Assembly (NCBI GenBank): GCA_951406725.2
Contig: OX597827.1
Span: 46,686,001-46,750,000 of the forward strand
Source of the DNA: Octopus vulgaris
Lineage: Eukaryota
Reading direction: 5' to 3'
Length of the DNA stretch: 64,000 nt
Part shown: positions 13,940 to 28,398 of the stretch, one piece after another
How the letters are laid out: every line of letters starts with the position of its first letter
How positions within the stretch are numbered: position 1 is the stretch's first letter
Notes under the pieces: model-generated
What the model was told of the DNA's origin: nothing
What the model saw: only the letters and a program-made list of their open reading frames with translations
Databases searched by the model: none
Program-made: the position numbers and the translations under genes

Positions 13940-14163
13940 CATACATATATATAGACGGGCTTTTCTTTTCAGTTTCCGTCTACCAAATCCACTCACAATG
14001 ATTTGGTCGGCCCGAGGCTATAGTAGAAGACACTTGCTCGAGGTGCCATGCAGTGGGACCTTGGGCAATAAACCTATAAGAAAAAAGAAAAAGAAAAGCG
14101 GAGTCGTAATGAACAATTCAGTACAACAATGACTTTCTGGACACTGAAGGTCCAGAGCCTCTT

Positions 14164-14378
14164 ATGAGAAGGTGTTGAGAAGTTTTTGGCTTTGGCTAAA
14201 AGAAAATACAGGAGGATCAATTAATTATGATTTTATTCAACATATTCCCCTCTCACATTCACACACTTATTGCGGAAGTCCTTCAGTTTTCTAAGCCCTG
14301 TAAAAGACCTCAGATAGTTGGGCTTCCAGCCAAGCCTTTCGCGGTACCCCTAAAGCCAGGAACTTTTTCAGCACCCCC
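14164..14378. mobile_element. Mariner-type MITE (~210 bp). Second copy 14501-14712; partial copy 16010-16106
   Basis: TIRs GGTG(T/C)TGAAAAGTTCCTGGCTTT / AAAGCCAGGAACTTTTTCAGCACC, with the interior shared between copies. Confidence 0.8.
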
Positions 14379-14820
14379 TGGGATAAACCATAAAATCGTT
14401 TGTGTAACCCTGATTTTCTGATGATCTGAATATCTGACAGAAGTTTTATATTCAGAGCTATAACACCGACTTTCTGGACGCTGATGGCCCGGAGTCGTTT
14501 ATGAAGGGGTATTGAAAAATTCCTGGCTTTGACCCAAAGAAAAGACAGGAGGATCAATTAATTATGATTTTATCCAACATATTCCCCTCTCAGATTCCAA
14601 CACTTATTGCAGTAATCCTTCGGTTTTCTAAGCCCTGTAAAAGAACTCGGTAAGTTGCGCCTCCAGCCAGGCTTTTTGCGATACCTTTAAAACCATGAGC
14701 TTTTCAGCACCTTTTCATATAATCTGCACCAATTTACGAGCAAGAACTTCAGACTGCCAGACTAATTTACCTGGGCAGCTCTGCTTCACAGTGCTCTGCG
14801 CAGTACATTATTAATTAATT

Positions 14821-15206
14821 TGTGGAAGCACTCCGTCGGTTACTACGATGAGGGTTCCGGTTGATCCGAATCAACGGAACAGCCTGCTCGTGAAATTAAC
14901 GTGTAAGTGGCTGAGCACTCCACAGACACGTGTACCCTTAACGTAGTTCTCGGGGATATTCAGCGTGACACAGAGAGTGACAAGGCCGGCCCTTTGAAAT
15001 ACAGGTACAACAGAAACAGGAAGTAAGAGTGAGAGAAAGTTGTGGTGAAAGAGTACAGCAGGGATCACCACCATCCCCTGCCGGAGCCTCGTGGAGCTTT
15101 AGGTGTTTTCGCTCAATAAACACTCACAACGCCCGGTCTGGGAATCGAAACCGCGATCCTATGACCGCGAGTCCGATGCCCTAACCACTGGGCCATTGCA
15201 CCTCCA
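14821..15206 (-). mobile_element. tRNA-derived SINE, head H1 plus tail T1; related copy 50335-50690(+)
   Basis: Head GG(T/C)GCAATGGCCCAGTGGTTAGGGCA.CGGACTCGCGGTC..GGTTTCGATTCCC; tail homologous to 2545-2730. Confidence 0.88.
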
Positions 15207-16841
15207 CTAATTAATTTGTATCATATATGCCAATGTGCAGGTATCTGTTGCATTTCATTTAATTATCTGAGCAAGGTTAATATTTGTTTAATTTAGAAAT
15301 AATCATTCTTGCTCCTGAAAAATCAGCAATCCGGAAAATCTATTTTGTACCTGTACACACACACATGCGCGCGCGCACACACACACAGACGCACACATGC
15401 ACACACATACACACATGCACACAGATACACACACACGAACACACACACATACACATACACACACAGACACACATACGCGCACAGAGTTGTATGTTGGTTT
15501 GTACCGTTTCACTTAGGCATGGGTTTGGTTTGTTTTTATGAGCCTATATTCACATATTGTTGCAAATATGCACATACACACACAGGCACAAACAGACAGA
15601 CACACAGATAGACACACACACACGCACACATATATGTGAGATACACACATGCATACATATATGTGAGATACACACACGCACACATATATATTTTTTTACT
15701 GCCCACAAGCGGCTAAACATAGAGGGGACAAACAAGGACAGACAAAGGGATTGAGTCGATTGCATCGACCCCAGTGCGAAACTGGTACTTTATTTATCGA
15801 CTCCGAAAGGATGAAAGGCAAAGTCGACCTCGGCGGAATTTGAACTCAGAACGTAACGACAGACAAAATACCGCTAAGCATTCGTCCGGCGCGCTAACGT
15901 TTCTGCCAGCTCGCCGCCTACACGCACACATATATGCATGCATAGACATACGAGGTGGGTTTGATTGATTGATTGATTCTAGTTTCAGCTCATGAGCTGT
16001 GGCCATGCTGGGTGTTGAAAAGTTCCTGGCTTTGGGTAAAAGAAAATACAGGAGGATCAGTTAATTATGATTTTAATCAACATATTCCCTTCTCAGAGTT
16101 ACACACGAGCAGATCGGATCAACTTGAACCCTCGTCGTTGTAACCGACGGAGTGCCATTATGTACATGTGTGTGTGTGTATACACTAATGTATGTAAGCG
16201 TACATTCTCGAATACATTGAAGGAGTATTTTACTATAAAATGTATAAAAAGAGCTCAATGGACCTAATGTATGATAAAAACAGATAATACTCTTTACTCT
16301 TTTACTTGTTTCAGTCATTTGACTGCGGCCATGCTGGAGCACCGCCTTTAGTCGAGCAAATCGACCCCAGGACTTATTCTTTGGAAGCCTAGTACTTATT
16401 CTATCCTCTTTACGCTTTTACTTGTTTCAGTCATTTGACTGCGGCCATGCTGGAGCACCACCTTTATAGTCGAGCAAATCGACTCCAGAACTTATTCTTT
16501 GTAAGCCTAGTACTTATTCTATCTGTCTCTTTTGCCGAACCGCTAAGTTACGGAGATATGAACACACCAGCATCGGTTGTCAAGCGATGTTGGGGGGACA
16601 AACACAGACACAAAAATATATATATTCATATACACGACAGGCTTCTTTCAGTTTCCGTCTACCAAATCCACTCACAAGGCTTTGGTCGGCCCGAAGCTAT
16701 AGAAGAAGGCGCTTGCCGAAGGTGCCATGCAGTGGGACTGAACCCGGAACAATGTGGTTGGCAAGCAAGCCACTCCTGCGCCTATAATTTTTTTTCTCTA
16801 GTTTCAGCTTAGAACTGCGACCATGCTGATGCACCGCCGTT

Positions 16842-16848
16842 AAAAAAA
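16842..16848 (-). terminator. Pol III T7 terminator of tRNA-Gly
   Basis: AAAAAAA on the + strand, just 3' of the minus-strand tRNA. Confidence 0.75.
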
Positions 16849-16857
16849 GCTATCGCC

Positions 16858-16929
16858 TGCGTCGGCCGGGAGTCGAACCCGGATCGACTGCTTGGAAGGC
16901 AAGCATGCTAACCGTTACACCACCGACGC
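16858..16929 (-). tRNA. tRNA-Gly (anticodon TCC)
   Basis: GCGTCGGTGGTGTAACGGTTAGCATGCTTGCCTTCCAAGCAGTCGATCCGGGTTCGACTCCCGGCCGACGCA: 7-bp acceptor stem, 5-bp T stem with TTCGA loop, anticodon loop CTTCCAA, one C27:U43 mismatch, T7 terminator 9 nt downstream. Confidence 0.93.
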
Positions 16930-17294
16930 TGTATATAAAATGTATATAAGATACATTAAGTAAGCGAAATAAACTGGATATCTATGAAATTTTACGTAAT
17001 GGAATAAGATAGCTATTTCCAAACACACGCATACACTAACATGCACACATACACAGGCACGCACACACACACACACACACACACACGCAAACATGCATAC
17101 ATGCATACATACATATGTCTATATCCATATCTATTTCTCTCTCTCTCCTTCTTCTCCTCTCTCTCTATTTATATATTATATATGTATATTATTGCCATGT
17201 GTGTATCTTGATTTGTATAAACTTCATTCTGTTTACAATACATGCGTGTGCACGCGCGCACGCACGCACACACACACACACGCACACAAACACA

Positions 17295-17337
<43 letters not shown>

Positions 17338-17444
17338 ACACACACACAAACACACACACAAACACACACACACACACACACACCAGTTCATAGTCTGTCA
17401 GTGCATTTGTGTGCGCGTCTGTGTGTAAGTGTGTGTGTTTGCGC

Positions 17445-17496
<52 letters not shown>

Positions 17497-17531
17497 GTAT
17501 TTAAATATGTATGTATATATATGTATATATG

Positions 17532-17565
<34 letters not shown>

Positions 17566-17862
17566 TGTATGTATGTATGTATGTATGTGTATATGTATGT
17601 TTGTATGTGAGCGTGTGTGTGTGGGTACGTGTCTATTTACTCTTTTCCTGGTTCCAGGCAGTTTCCATATATATTATTTACACTCGACAGTAATATATTA
17701 TGTAAACGTTAACATGTGTATAAATAGTTAGCAAGATGGATATATCGATCCGCCATATTACGGACAACTTATAGCACAAAATTTCAATTAGAGGCATCAC
17801 GGAAGTAAACTATAGATAACGGTGTGTATATGTGTGTGTGTTTGTATGAATGCATGCGTGTG

Positions 17863-17909
<47 letters not shown>

Positions 17910-17938
17910 GTACACGCATGCACTCACACACTGGTATG

Positions 17939-17992
<54 letters not shown>

Positions 17993-18146
17993 CACATATA
18001 TATATACACACATGTATACATATATAAATATGTATACATATATAACATGTATATATAAATATACATATGTAATTATAGATACATACATACATACGAATTT
18101 ATACGTGCATATGCATACAACTTTCTCTCTCTCTCTCTCTCTCTCT

Positions 18147-18191
<45 letters not shown>

Positions 18192-18596
18192 TTATGTACA
18201 TGTGTGTGTATAAATATTTATATATATGTATGTATTTTGTATATATGCAATAATTGTACGATATGTGATATGAATTACTTTATATATATATATACATATA
18301 AATAATATACATACATATATACATTTACACATATATATATATATATACATACATATGTATATATGTATATATATCCATATATATACAGGTGTGCATATAT
18401 ATATATATCCTTAAATTAAATTTACTGAATCATTTGAGAAGAGTTATTTTGTGTATATTCAAAGAATGTCCTCAGATGTACCTCAATTAAAAGTTTACAG
18501 AACTAAAACTTATAGTTGCGTTAACGATGACATTACGTAATCCTCATTTCTTTTCCTTTCTTCCAAGATTCAAGAAAGCCTTGTCTTTTACGTGTA

Positions 18597-18599
<3 letters not shown>

Positions 18600-18686
<87 letters not shown>

Positions 18687-18763
18687 AAATTGTATATATC
18701 TGTCTCTTTCTCTCTCTCCCTCTCTGTAAACCTATCTGTCTGCCTGTCTGCCTTCCTGTCTCT

Positions 18764-18807
<44 letters not shown>

Positions 18808-18808
18808 A

Positions 18809-18841
<33 letters not shown>

Positions 18842-18844
18842 GTG

Positions 18845-18934
<90 letters not shown>

Positions 18935-18964
18935 AGTCTCTCTCTCTCTCTCTATGTTTGTCTG

Positions 18965-19003
<39 letters not shown>

Positions 19004-19310
19004 TCTGTCTGTCTATTCTATCTGTCTATTCATCATTCGATATCTGTCTGTCTGTTTATCTATCTGTGTATCTGTGTGTCTTTGTGCCTGTCTATCTGTG
19101 TGTCTGTCTCTTAATATATCTACCTATCTGTCTGTTTGTCTATCTGTGTGTGTCTGTCTATTTATCCATCCATCCATCCATCCATCCATCCATCCATCCA
19201 TCTATCCGTCCATCCATCCATCCATCCATCCATCCATCCATCCATCCATCCATCCATCCATCCATCCATCCTTCCATCTAGCCAGCCAACCATCTATCTA
19301 TCCTATCTAT
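18600..19310. repeat. Compound microsatellite (CA)n/(CT)n/(TCTG)n/(TCTA)n/(GT)n/(CCAT)n
   Basis: Direct reading. Confidence 0.95.
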
Positions 19311-19699
19311 TATATCTGTTCTATCATTCTATATCTGTCTGTCCGTCGGTCCGCCCGTCCGTCCGTCTCCACTCGTATCACTTCATACTTATAATATTCT
19401 ACATCATCACTTTTCTGAGTTTTATGTCTCTATTCTTTTGTTCAAACGAAACTCTTTCCACGGTCGTAGCTTTTTTTTTTTTCCTCGAATTTTCAGACTT
19501 TGAAACTCGAACTCACTTCCGTCTCATTGTTTCCCCTCTTCTGATGACCCGAACTCTTTCATGTCAAAAGTAAATTAATTCTTTTCGTCCTAATTTCCCC
19601 TTCTTCATAGTCACTTACATTAAACGGCTTCACGCCCTATTTGGGACTTTCTAAAAACAAAAACAAACACAAAACAAAATAAACAAAAAAATAAAGCCG

Positions 19700-19900
19700 G
19701 AAATAATCCCTAACGTTTGCTGTGATTAGCCCCGGGTCAATCCTTGTTACGTAAGATCTATGACCAACAAGCATTATTGTTCGGATAAGCCCTATCTTTT
19801 TCTCCATTTTTATTTCCTTCAAAATGATAGTAGGTGATTTAGGCATGATTTGGCTGCTATTTCAAGCTTATCAAGCAACCGTGTAGAAGCCCTTACATCC
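19700..19900. repeat. Old dispersed repeat family E; fragments also near 31060-31270, 37400-37560, 46200-46420, 46480-46560
   Basis: Shared GATTTGGCTGCTATTTC(T)AG / CTAGAAA(T)A.CAGCCAAATC motif. Confidence 0.55.
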
Positions 19901-20454
19901 GAAAATTTGATGGCTACCTTGGAACGAATGTTTATATATTTCTTAGATCGTAAAATGACTGACAAGCCAGTATGTATGTACATATGTATGTATGTATATG
20001 CATGTATTCATACATACACTCACGTACATGCATACACACACATACAGAAACACACTCTCGCGCGCGCTCACTCACGCACATATACAGACACACCTTAGCG
20101 CAGTGAAGTATTAGCGAAGCATTACGTGATATTTCGAGTTCAACACCCCTATGTCTGGAGAAAATTGATGATGGCATATTTTGCACATATATGAGCGAAA
20201 AATACCAGCTCGGCACCATTCTCCATTTTTTTCCTGACAAAGGGGCATTAACCTCGAAATATTGGAATATAATGTGACGTGTAAACCACTGTTTTGTCTA
20301 CCATCTTTCCTTAACTTTGTTTCAAATTTGCTTTGTATTGGTTTTTGAAACAATCTCTCTCTCTCTCTCTCTTTCTCCTTCTCTTTCCCTCTCTCCCCTT
20401 TTCTCTCTCTCCCTTTGTCTCTCTCTCTCTCTCTCTCACACACATATATATATG

Positions 20455-20530
<76 letters not shown>

Positions 20531-20577
20531 GGTACATGGATATATGCAAATATGTTTGCATGTATATATATACATAC

Positions 20578-20629
<52 letters not shown>

Positions 20630-21049
20630 TACATACATATATATATACACATATATATAGGGAGAGTTTACGAAAAAAAACAATAGTATAACGCTCAGGA
20701 ATAGAAAAAGTCTGTTACGTTTATACATACATACATACATACATACAAACATATATACACACACGCACAAAATGGGAGAAAATATATTAAAGGGTCTCAA
20801 ACACACTCATACACACTATATATATGTATATGTGTGTATATGTATGTATGTGTGTGTATGTGTGTGTGTTATGTATTTTGTGTATTTGCAATGTGTTTTT
20901 GACTATGGTCAATAACCTCTGTTTAATGCGTTTAGTTCGCTAGTTCGTTTTTAATGTTTTACCTGTTTTTAAGTTCTATAGTTCTTCGGGTGGCCATGTC
21001 TGTTTTGATGATATCTCTATTTTTGATATTTCAGTTTTTAAAATTCCTA

Positions 21050-21715
21050 GGCTTCGTATCTAGGATTACAAATGTAGATTTTGCCGAGGAAGCAAAAATC
21101 TTTGATGCCTCCAGGAGCGCTCTCTTTTCACTGAATGAGGAAGCCGAACCACTTGGCCTCGCAGCCTCTTGCGCCAAGACAAAGATCCAGTCCTTCGATG
21201 GTTTCTTGGAAGACTCTACCTCGTCTGTTTAAGTTGTGGATGAGAAAGTCTATGTTGTTGACGTGAGATTAATAGCGGCGTTAACTACAAGTCCTAAAAG
21301 ACTTGGACGAGCTGGTGCAGTTGTAGAGTCATTGAAGGACAAAGGTTCGTGTTTTCAGTTATCTGGTCCTTCCTGGGCTGCTCTATAGCTGTGAGACATG
21401 GGCACTGATCCGGACCCTTAGGTGCCGCCTGAACTCTTTTGGGACCAGGATGCTTCGCATCATTTGTTCAGATTTCGTATCCAATCAACGACTCCACTCA
21501 GAAACTGGAATGCGTCCTGATACCTGTACGATTCGGGAGCGCCAGCTTAGACTGTTAAGCCCTCAATATTCCGAGTTTGACTCTGCTTACCGTGTTGTCT
21601 TCACTGAGGACCGAACTCATGTTGTTCGACCACGTGTCACATGGTCACAGCAGATGTGGAGATCTCATGCTGAGATCGAGTGAGTAGAACTCTTCTCGAC
21701 AGATTGCCCGCGAGA
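21050..21715 (+). mobile_element. Decayed RTE-clade LINE fragment (RT C-terminal half)
   Basis: RITNVDFAEEA..EEAEPLGLAASCAKTKIQ (degenerate DFADD region), LYSCETWAL..RLNSFGTRMLRII, VSNQRLHSETGMRP..IRERQLRL. Confidence 0.8.
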
Positions 21716-21734
21716 ACAAACTGTGAATGAAACG

Positions 21735-21769
<35 letters not shown>

Positions 21770-21819
21770 TGTATGTATGTATGTATGTATGTATGTATGT
21801 ATGTATGTATGTATATATG

Positions 21820-21850
<31 letters not shown>

Positions 21851-21869
21851 CTGTCTGTCTGTCTATCTG

Positions 21870-21973
<104 letters not shown>

Positions 21974-23268
21974 GTTAGCTAGCTCGCTAGCTATTTGTGT
22001 GAATGTGATTGGGTCTATGCCTATGTTTACATCTGTATAAATACCAGAATTGTTTAGGTAGTGTCTCTTATGTATCATATTCCATAGGCTCAGTAAACCG
22101 AAAGTAGTTCTCCAGGAAAACCGCAGTCAATTGGCAGAAGGGAACAAAAGAGCAAGGGCGGTAATTTTTACTGTATAAATGCGCGTGCACACATACACAT
22201 ATACGCAACACATACACACACATACTTGTGCAAGAAGGCACTCATGAATGCAATACAGTACGTCTTAAATTTTCATGATTGAAGTGTGTATCGCAAAAAT
22301 GTTCCGAGTAAGAGACAGAAGTCTTCAGTGAAGGAACACAACTAAAAGAAAACTTTATCATGCTCAGTTGACCATCTGAATGTGGAAAGCGTACACATCC
22401 GCTCAAAAGTTTATTTCCGTTTATTACGGTTAACAGTAATAATTCTTATACTGCGCGAAGCAGAGATATTTCCGGTGACACGTTTTACAAAAGACAATTT
22501 TTTCAGGTATTAATTTTTGCAGAAATTTTCTTCAAATATCTCTTTACAGTGTAAGGATCAAATGCTTTTAGCGGAAGATATGTAAATTGTACCTACAAGA
22601 GATATTGAAAAAGTAATGCAGAAACGGAAAGTACCAATTCTATTTTCTGGTGGATAATTAATTTCAAATTTTGGTCCAAGGCTAGCAATTTCTAGGAGAG
22701 GGAACAAAGTCGATTACATCGACCTCAGCATTCGACTGGTACCTTTTAAATCAATTCCGAAAGGATAAAAGGCAAAGTCGACTTCGGACGAAATACCGCT
22801 GAGTATTTTGTCTAGCGTGTTAACGATTCTGCCAGCTCACCGCCTTTGCCTGGTGGATAATTAACATCATTGCAGGAATGATCGTGCAATTTAATTCCAC
22901 AGCCAAAGAGCTAAATAAAGTACTGATATACTGTATCTCAGTAATATAAACGTTTCAAGCATGGAAGCCTTGTTTCGGTCCTAGACACCTCATCAGATGT
23001 GCGAGTAAGACAAATTTCATTATGAAAGACCGATATGATATAGTGGACAGACACTGGGGTTTGACTAAACATCACCTAGAATGGACTAAGATATTAAAAC
23101 GAAGGATTTAAAAATAAATCTAATTAAAATTTGTCTATCGGAGATGCTCAACATAGGAAGAAAAACATATAAAACTTATCAATGAGCCCTAAAGCACACA
23201 CGAACTAAACAGAGTATTTATTAATTCATACAATTAATTCTTATCAGCGTATAACGCACTACACACAG

Positions 23269-23313
<45 letters not shown>

Positions 23314-23369
23314 AAATGATGAATATATGTATATATGTATTTGTGTGTGTATATATATATATAAATATA

Positions 23370-23417
<48 letters not shown>

Positions 23418-23427
23418 TATATATATT

Positions 23428-23475
<48 letters not shown>

Positions 23476-23796
23476 CATACATACATATATATATATATAC
23501 GTAAACACATATATGCATAAATGAATATAATGTTATAAGGCAATAAGATGAATAAACGCATATCAAAACCCATACAAGATAAATAAGAGATTTATTGATG
23601 CTATCTTTGCTTCGAGAGAAGAACACACGAATACCCTATGGCAGCTGTGATCAACTCTGAATGATAATGATAAACACACAAACACACACACACACACATA
23701 CACACACTCACACACATACAATATATGACTGTGTAGGTGTATGAATATATTTAAGAGAATCTGTGTGTGGTTTATGAAAATATATATGTATATGCA

Positions 23797-23892
<96 letters not shown>

Positions 23893-23964
23893 TTATCTAT
23901 CGGGACACACGTACATATATATATGTATATATTTACATACAAACATACATATGTATGTGTGTGC

Positions 23965-24001
<37 letters not shown>

Positions 24002-24161
24002 AGTTTGTTTTTTGCTCCGTTTAATCTTATTGGTTGTAGTTTAGCTGAAAGCTATTTTGACTGGCTTAGAAACTATTTCTGACTGTTTTAACGAATATCA
24101 CTTATCAGTAACTTTTCTTCCTTAATCTTTTAATGAAAGATAAGAATATATATATATATAT

Positions 24162-24275
24162 ATTGGCCTGCTCGCTTAGCCAGCGGGGTGGCGTCATTTG
24201 AAGGCTAAAACAATGCGAAGCGCATTGTGACCAGCGATGTGTAGAAACATCTGATAGCTTGGTCGGTCATGTGAT

Positions 24276-24282
<7 letters not shown>
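24162..24282 (+). mobile_element. Solo SINE tail T2 embedded in (TA)n
   Basis: Near-identical to 60663-60782; (TA)n on both sides. Confidence 0.85.
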
Positions 24283-24342
<60 letters not shown>

Positions 24343-24345
<3 letters not shown>

Positions 24346-25154
24346 TCTATATATAAAACTGAAATGCGTTTTTACCGCTTGGATCGCTTTCAATGCCATT
24401 ACATCCCGTCCGATTCGCTCCAAAATTTACAGGGACATGTAGAATGAGGTGACGATGCTCGTGGGCTACCTTAGAAATCCCTATCTTAAAAGGTGTGGTT
24501 TCTAGGGGCCATCTTCCTCACTCATGCTATTTCCTCCATTCACCCTCTCACTCCTCTTCATTTATAACTTTGACAGTCCACTACCGTTATTTAAAGTATC
24601 TGTCACTCTCGCTATTTCCTCTCTTTTTCACTTACTCTGTTTCTTACCTTCCCATCACGTCGGCTTTCTTTTATGTTTCTGTCTGTCACCAACAACACAC
24701 GAGCATGAGAACAAATATTATGAATAAGATATTCTTGCGTTCGTTTATGTGTGTGTGTTCTATATATAAATATGTATATATAATGTATGTGTGTGTGTGA
24801 GTGTGTTCTATATATGAATATGTATATATAATGTATGTGTGTGTGTTCTATATATAAATATGTATATATAATGTAATATATACAAAGTGTATATATCTGT
24901 ATTTATTTATTTTTTCATACTTTTTCATAGTTATATATATTTTTAAACAAATTATAAATATAAGTTAATAATTTTTATTTTCAATTTAAATAATTTAAAT
25001 TTTTCAATTTTATATTTTATATATTTTCTATATTATATATATTTTTTAATGTTTTTGGTTTTTCACTGATTGATTTGCCTATTAGTGGTTTTATCTCGAA
25101 TTTAATTTATACAGATATATATCTCATTTGTATACATTTGTATATATAATGCGT

Positions 25155-25203
<49 letters not shown>

Positions 25204-26380
25204 CACATATATATATATATAATGTGTGCATTACGTAGTCGGTCGATTCAGCTGAAAATATGCACACCTATGTTAAAAGTGCTGGCAAGTTTGCATGACA
25301 ACTATTTTTTTCCTCATCTTATAAAATGTGGCCCCAGTAGACCCAAATGAAATCGGGTTATATTAACCAAAATGTGAAAAGGGGTCTAAAGGGGCTGGAA
25401 GGGGATTAAAATTTAAAGGAGCGAGTGTTTAGGAATTCTCAGTTACATCAAGCTAAAAATTTTGCACCAGCCTTTTAATCGTTAATGTGTTGCCGTCCAT
25501 GATGAAGAAGTTTTGAATGCTTGCCATGGTGAGTCTACTGTCGTGAGAAAGAATCACTTCAAAACTTGGTGTTTACGAATTTTCTTTTACATCAAGTTCA
25601 AAATTTTACGCCAGCCGTTAAACTGTCAATACGTTGCTGTCCGTCGTTAAGAAATGCCAGCCATGGTGACTCTACTATCCTCAGATTCTATCCCTTCAAA
25701 CTTTGGTTTCCAATATTTTATTATTTTTATTCAGCTCGCAAGTTCGTCTGTCCCTTTTAAATGTTAGCGTTTTGCTGTCTGCCTTGAAGCAGACCTTTCC
25801 GTTGCCACTGCCTGATATTTATGATTGATCTTTCTAAATATTTTATTTCTCAACTTACTCAAGATCTTTTGTTGTTTATAAATGGGAGAGAGATAGATAA
25901 AGATAGAGAGTAAGAGAAAGCGAGGGAGAGTCCGAGAGAAAAGAAAAAGTAAGAGAGTGGGAAAGTGAGAGAGAAAGGAGAGAGAAACAAAGAGGGAGAA
26001 TCATCATCATCATCATCATCGTTTAACGTCCGTTTTCCGTGCTAGCACGGGTTGGACAGTTTGACCGGGGTCTGGGAAGCCAGGAGGCTGCACCAGGCTC
26101 CAGTCTGATCTGGTAGTGTTTCTACAGGTGGATGACCTTCCTAACGCCAACCACTCTGTGAGTGTAGTGGGTGCTTTTTTCGTGCCGCCGGCACAGGTGC
26201 CAAGGGGGCTCGCAGCGGCAACGATCGGTTGGTGCTTTTTACGTGCCACTGGCACAGAAGCCAGTGAAGGCGGCGCTGCAATCGGCACGTTCGGATGATG
26301 CTTTTTACGTGCTGAAAGGAAGCAACAGAAAGTAACAACCACACTCTTACCCGCGCGTAGAGCGGGTCACCTTCAGCTAG
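24343..26380 (+). mobile_element. Putative non-autonomous Helitron with nested insertions
   Basis: A|TCTTCTATATATAAAAC 5' end; 3' hairpin ACCCGC-GCGTAGA-GCGGGT followed by CTAG|T; both ends lie in (TA)n. That the two ends belong to one element is inferred. Confidence 0.65.
26001..26320 (-). mobile_element. SINE family D, 3' part, with (GAT)n tail and internal tandem subrepeats
   Basis: Minus strand GGTTGGCGTTAGGAAGG.CATCC domain; ends GGACGTTAAACGATGATGATG; three TT(A/T)CGTGC-type subrepeats. Confidence 0.7.
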
Positions 26381-26652
26381 TATATATATATACATAAAAA
26401 TATACAAACACATACATACACACATATATATATATATATTCAAAATGTGACCGCGCGTGTATCGTTGGCGATTTTTTTCCTCCGTCTTCCCTTCCTTGGA
26501 TCTTTCCTTTACCTGTGTTTCTGACGAAGAGCTCCGCTTGAAACGTTAAATCCTCCTTCTTTCTTTCCTTTCCTGAGCGTGCAATAACACTATACTTGTT
26601 CCACGTCCTCGCGTTGTTGTGTTTTCTCTTTGTGTTTTCATGTACGGATTAA

Positions 26653-26724
<72 letters not shown>

Positions 26725-26797
26725 CTAATTAGAAGTCCCGAACCAACATATATTCAGTTGACACGCACACACACAAACACACACATACTCACACACA

Positions 26798-26847
<50 letters not shown>

Positions 26848-27837
26848 TATTAGGTGTGGCTGTGTGGTAAGAAGTTTGCTTCCTAACACGTGGTTCCAAT
26901 TTCAGTCCCACTGCGTGGCTCTTTGGGTATGTGTCCTCTACAAAGCCTTGGGCCGGCCAAAGACTTATAAGTGTATTTGGCAGAGGGAAATTGAAAGAAG
27001 CCCGCCGGAGACATACACACACACCACATACATACACAAACACCACACATTCATACACATACATACATGTGTGCGTGTGTTTGCATGTGTGTATGTGTGT
27101 GTGTACGCGTGTGTGCGTGTGTGTGTGAGTTTATGTCCCTTTTTCCGCCGCCATCGCTTGACAACCGATGTTGCTACGTTTACGTTCCCATAAATTAGCG
27201 GTCCGGCAAAAAGAGGTCTCTTTATGTATGTATGTATGTATGTATGTATGTATGTATGTCTGTATGTATGTATGTATGTATGTATGTATGTATGTATGTA
27301 TGTATGTATGTATGTATGTATGTATGTATGTACGTACGTACGTCTGTATGTATGAATGCCTGTCATAATTCAGTTTTATTTCAAGATTTCTTGCTGATAG
27401 AGAAAGAACCGGTTTCTAACCTAGATCCAAGGCTTCTTCATTGGAATTTCGACATCAGCAGCAGGGTATTTTTTGTATGTATGCATGCATGCATGTATGT
27501 ATGTATGTATGTATGTATGTATGTATGTATGTATGTATGTATGTATGTATGTATGTATGTATGTATGTATGTATGTGCAGACTTGTATGTTTTATATATG
27601 TATTCTCTTTCGTATAGTTACAAATCTAGACATGCTCAGATATACATAAATGATAAACTTCTAGAAAGTTTTACAGGGTTTTGCATTTCCAGTGATGAAT
27701 TATATCTGTAGTCTTCATATCAGCTTTCTTCTTCCTGGTTTTGAGTAGCCTAAGTTCTTAAGATGGTATTTAGGCAGTGTGTGTATGTATGTATGTGTCT
27801 ACCTGTCTGTCTGTCTGTATGTATGTATGTATGTCTA

Positions 27838-27877
<40 letters not shown>

Positions 27878-27887
27878 TCTGCCTGCC

Positions 27888-27924
<37 letters not shown>

Positions 27925-27927
27925 GAC

Positions 27928-28008
<81 letters not shown>

Positions 28009-28171
28009 CTTTCTCAATCTATCAATCTACATCGTTGGATGCTCTTGAACCAGTTGTTAAGTATCCTACCCGTGAGGGACCGATGCTAGATGGATCGAAA
28101 TATAAATATAAATTTAATATAAATTTTCGTATCTTCCATCTTCCGTCTCTCATTAACTAAATATATGTATA

Positions 28172-28390
28172 CAGTAATCTTCCGCCATATCGCAGTTCAC
28201 CTATCGCGGTTTATTATTTAAGCTTACGTCGATTCTTCTGTAGTGTTGTTTTGCATTTATAATAAAATAAATACATGCAAGTTATAAAAATAATTAAAAA
28301 ATATACAGTACAGTACTGTTTCTACTTCGATGATTTTCATCTAGCGCGGAGGTGGGTTTGGAATGTAACACCCGTGATAGTCGAGGATTA
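28172..28390. mobile_element. Tigger/pogo-like MITE, right end abutting a Helitron
   Basis: TA|CAGTAATCTTCCGCCATATCGC ... GTGATAGTCGAGGATTA imperfect inverted ends. Confidence 0.55.
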
Positions 28391-28398
28391 TATATATA

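Noticed and set aside
22973-22996. CUGAUGA-GGU..ACC-GAAA hammerhead half on the minus strand
   Set aside because: Core and stem II are present but there is no convincing stem III, NUH site or stem I; at best a decayed copy.
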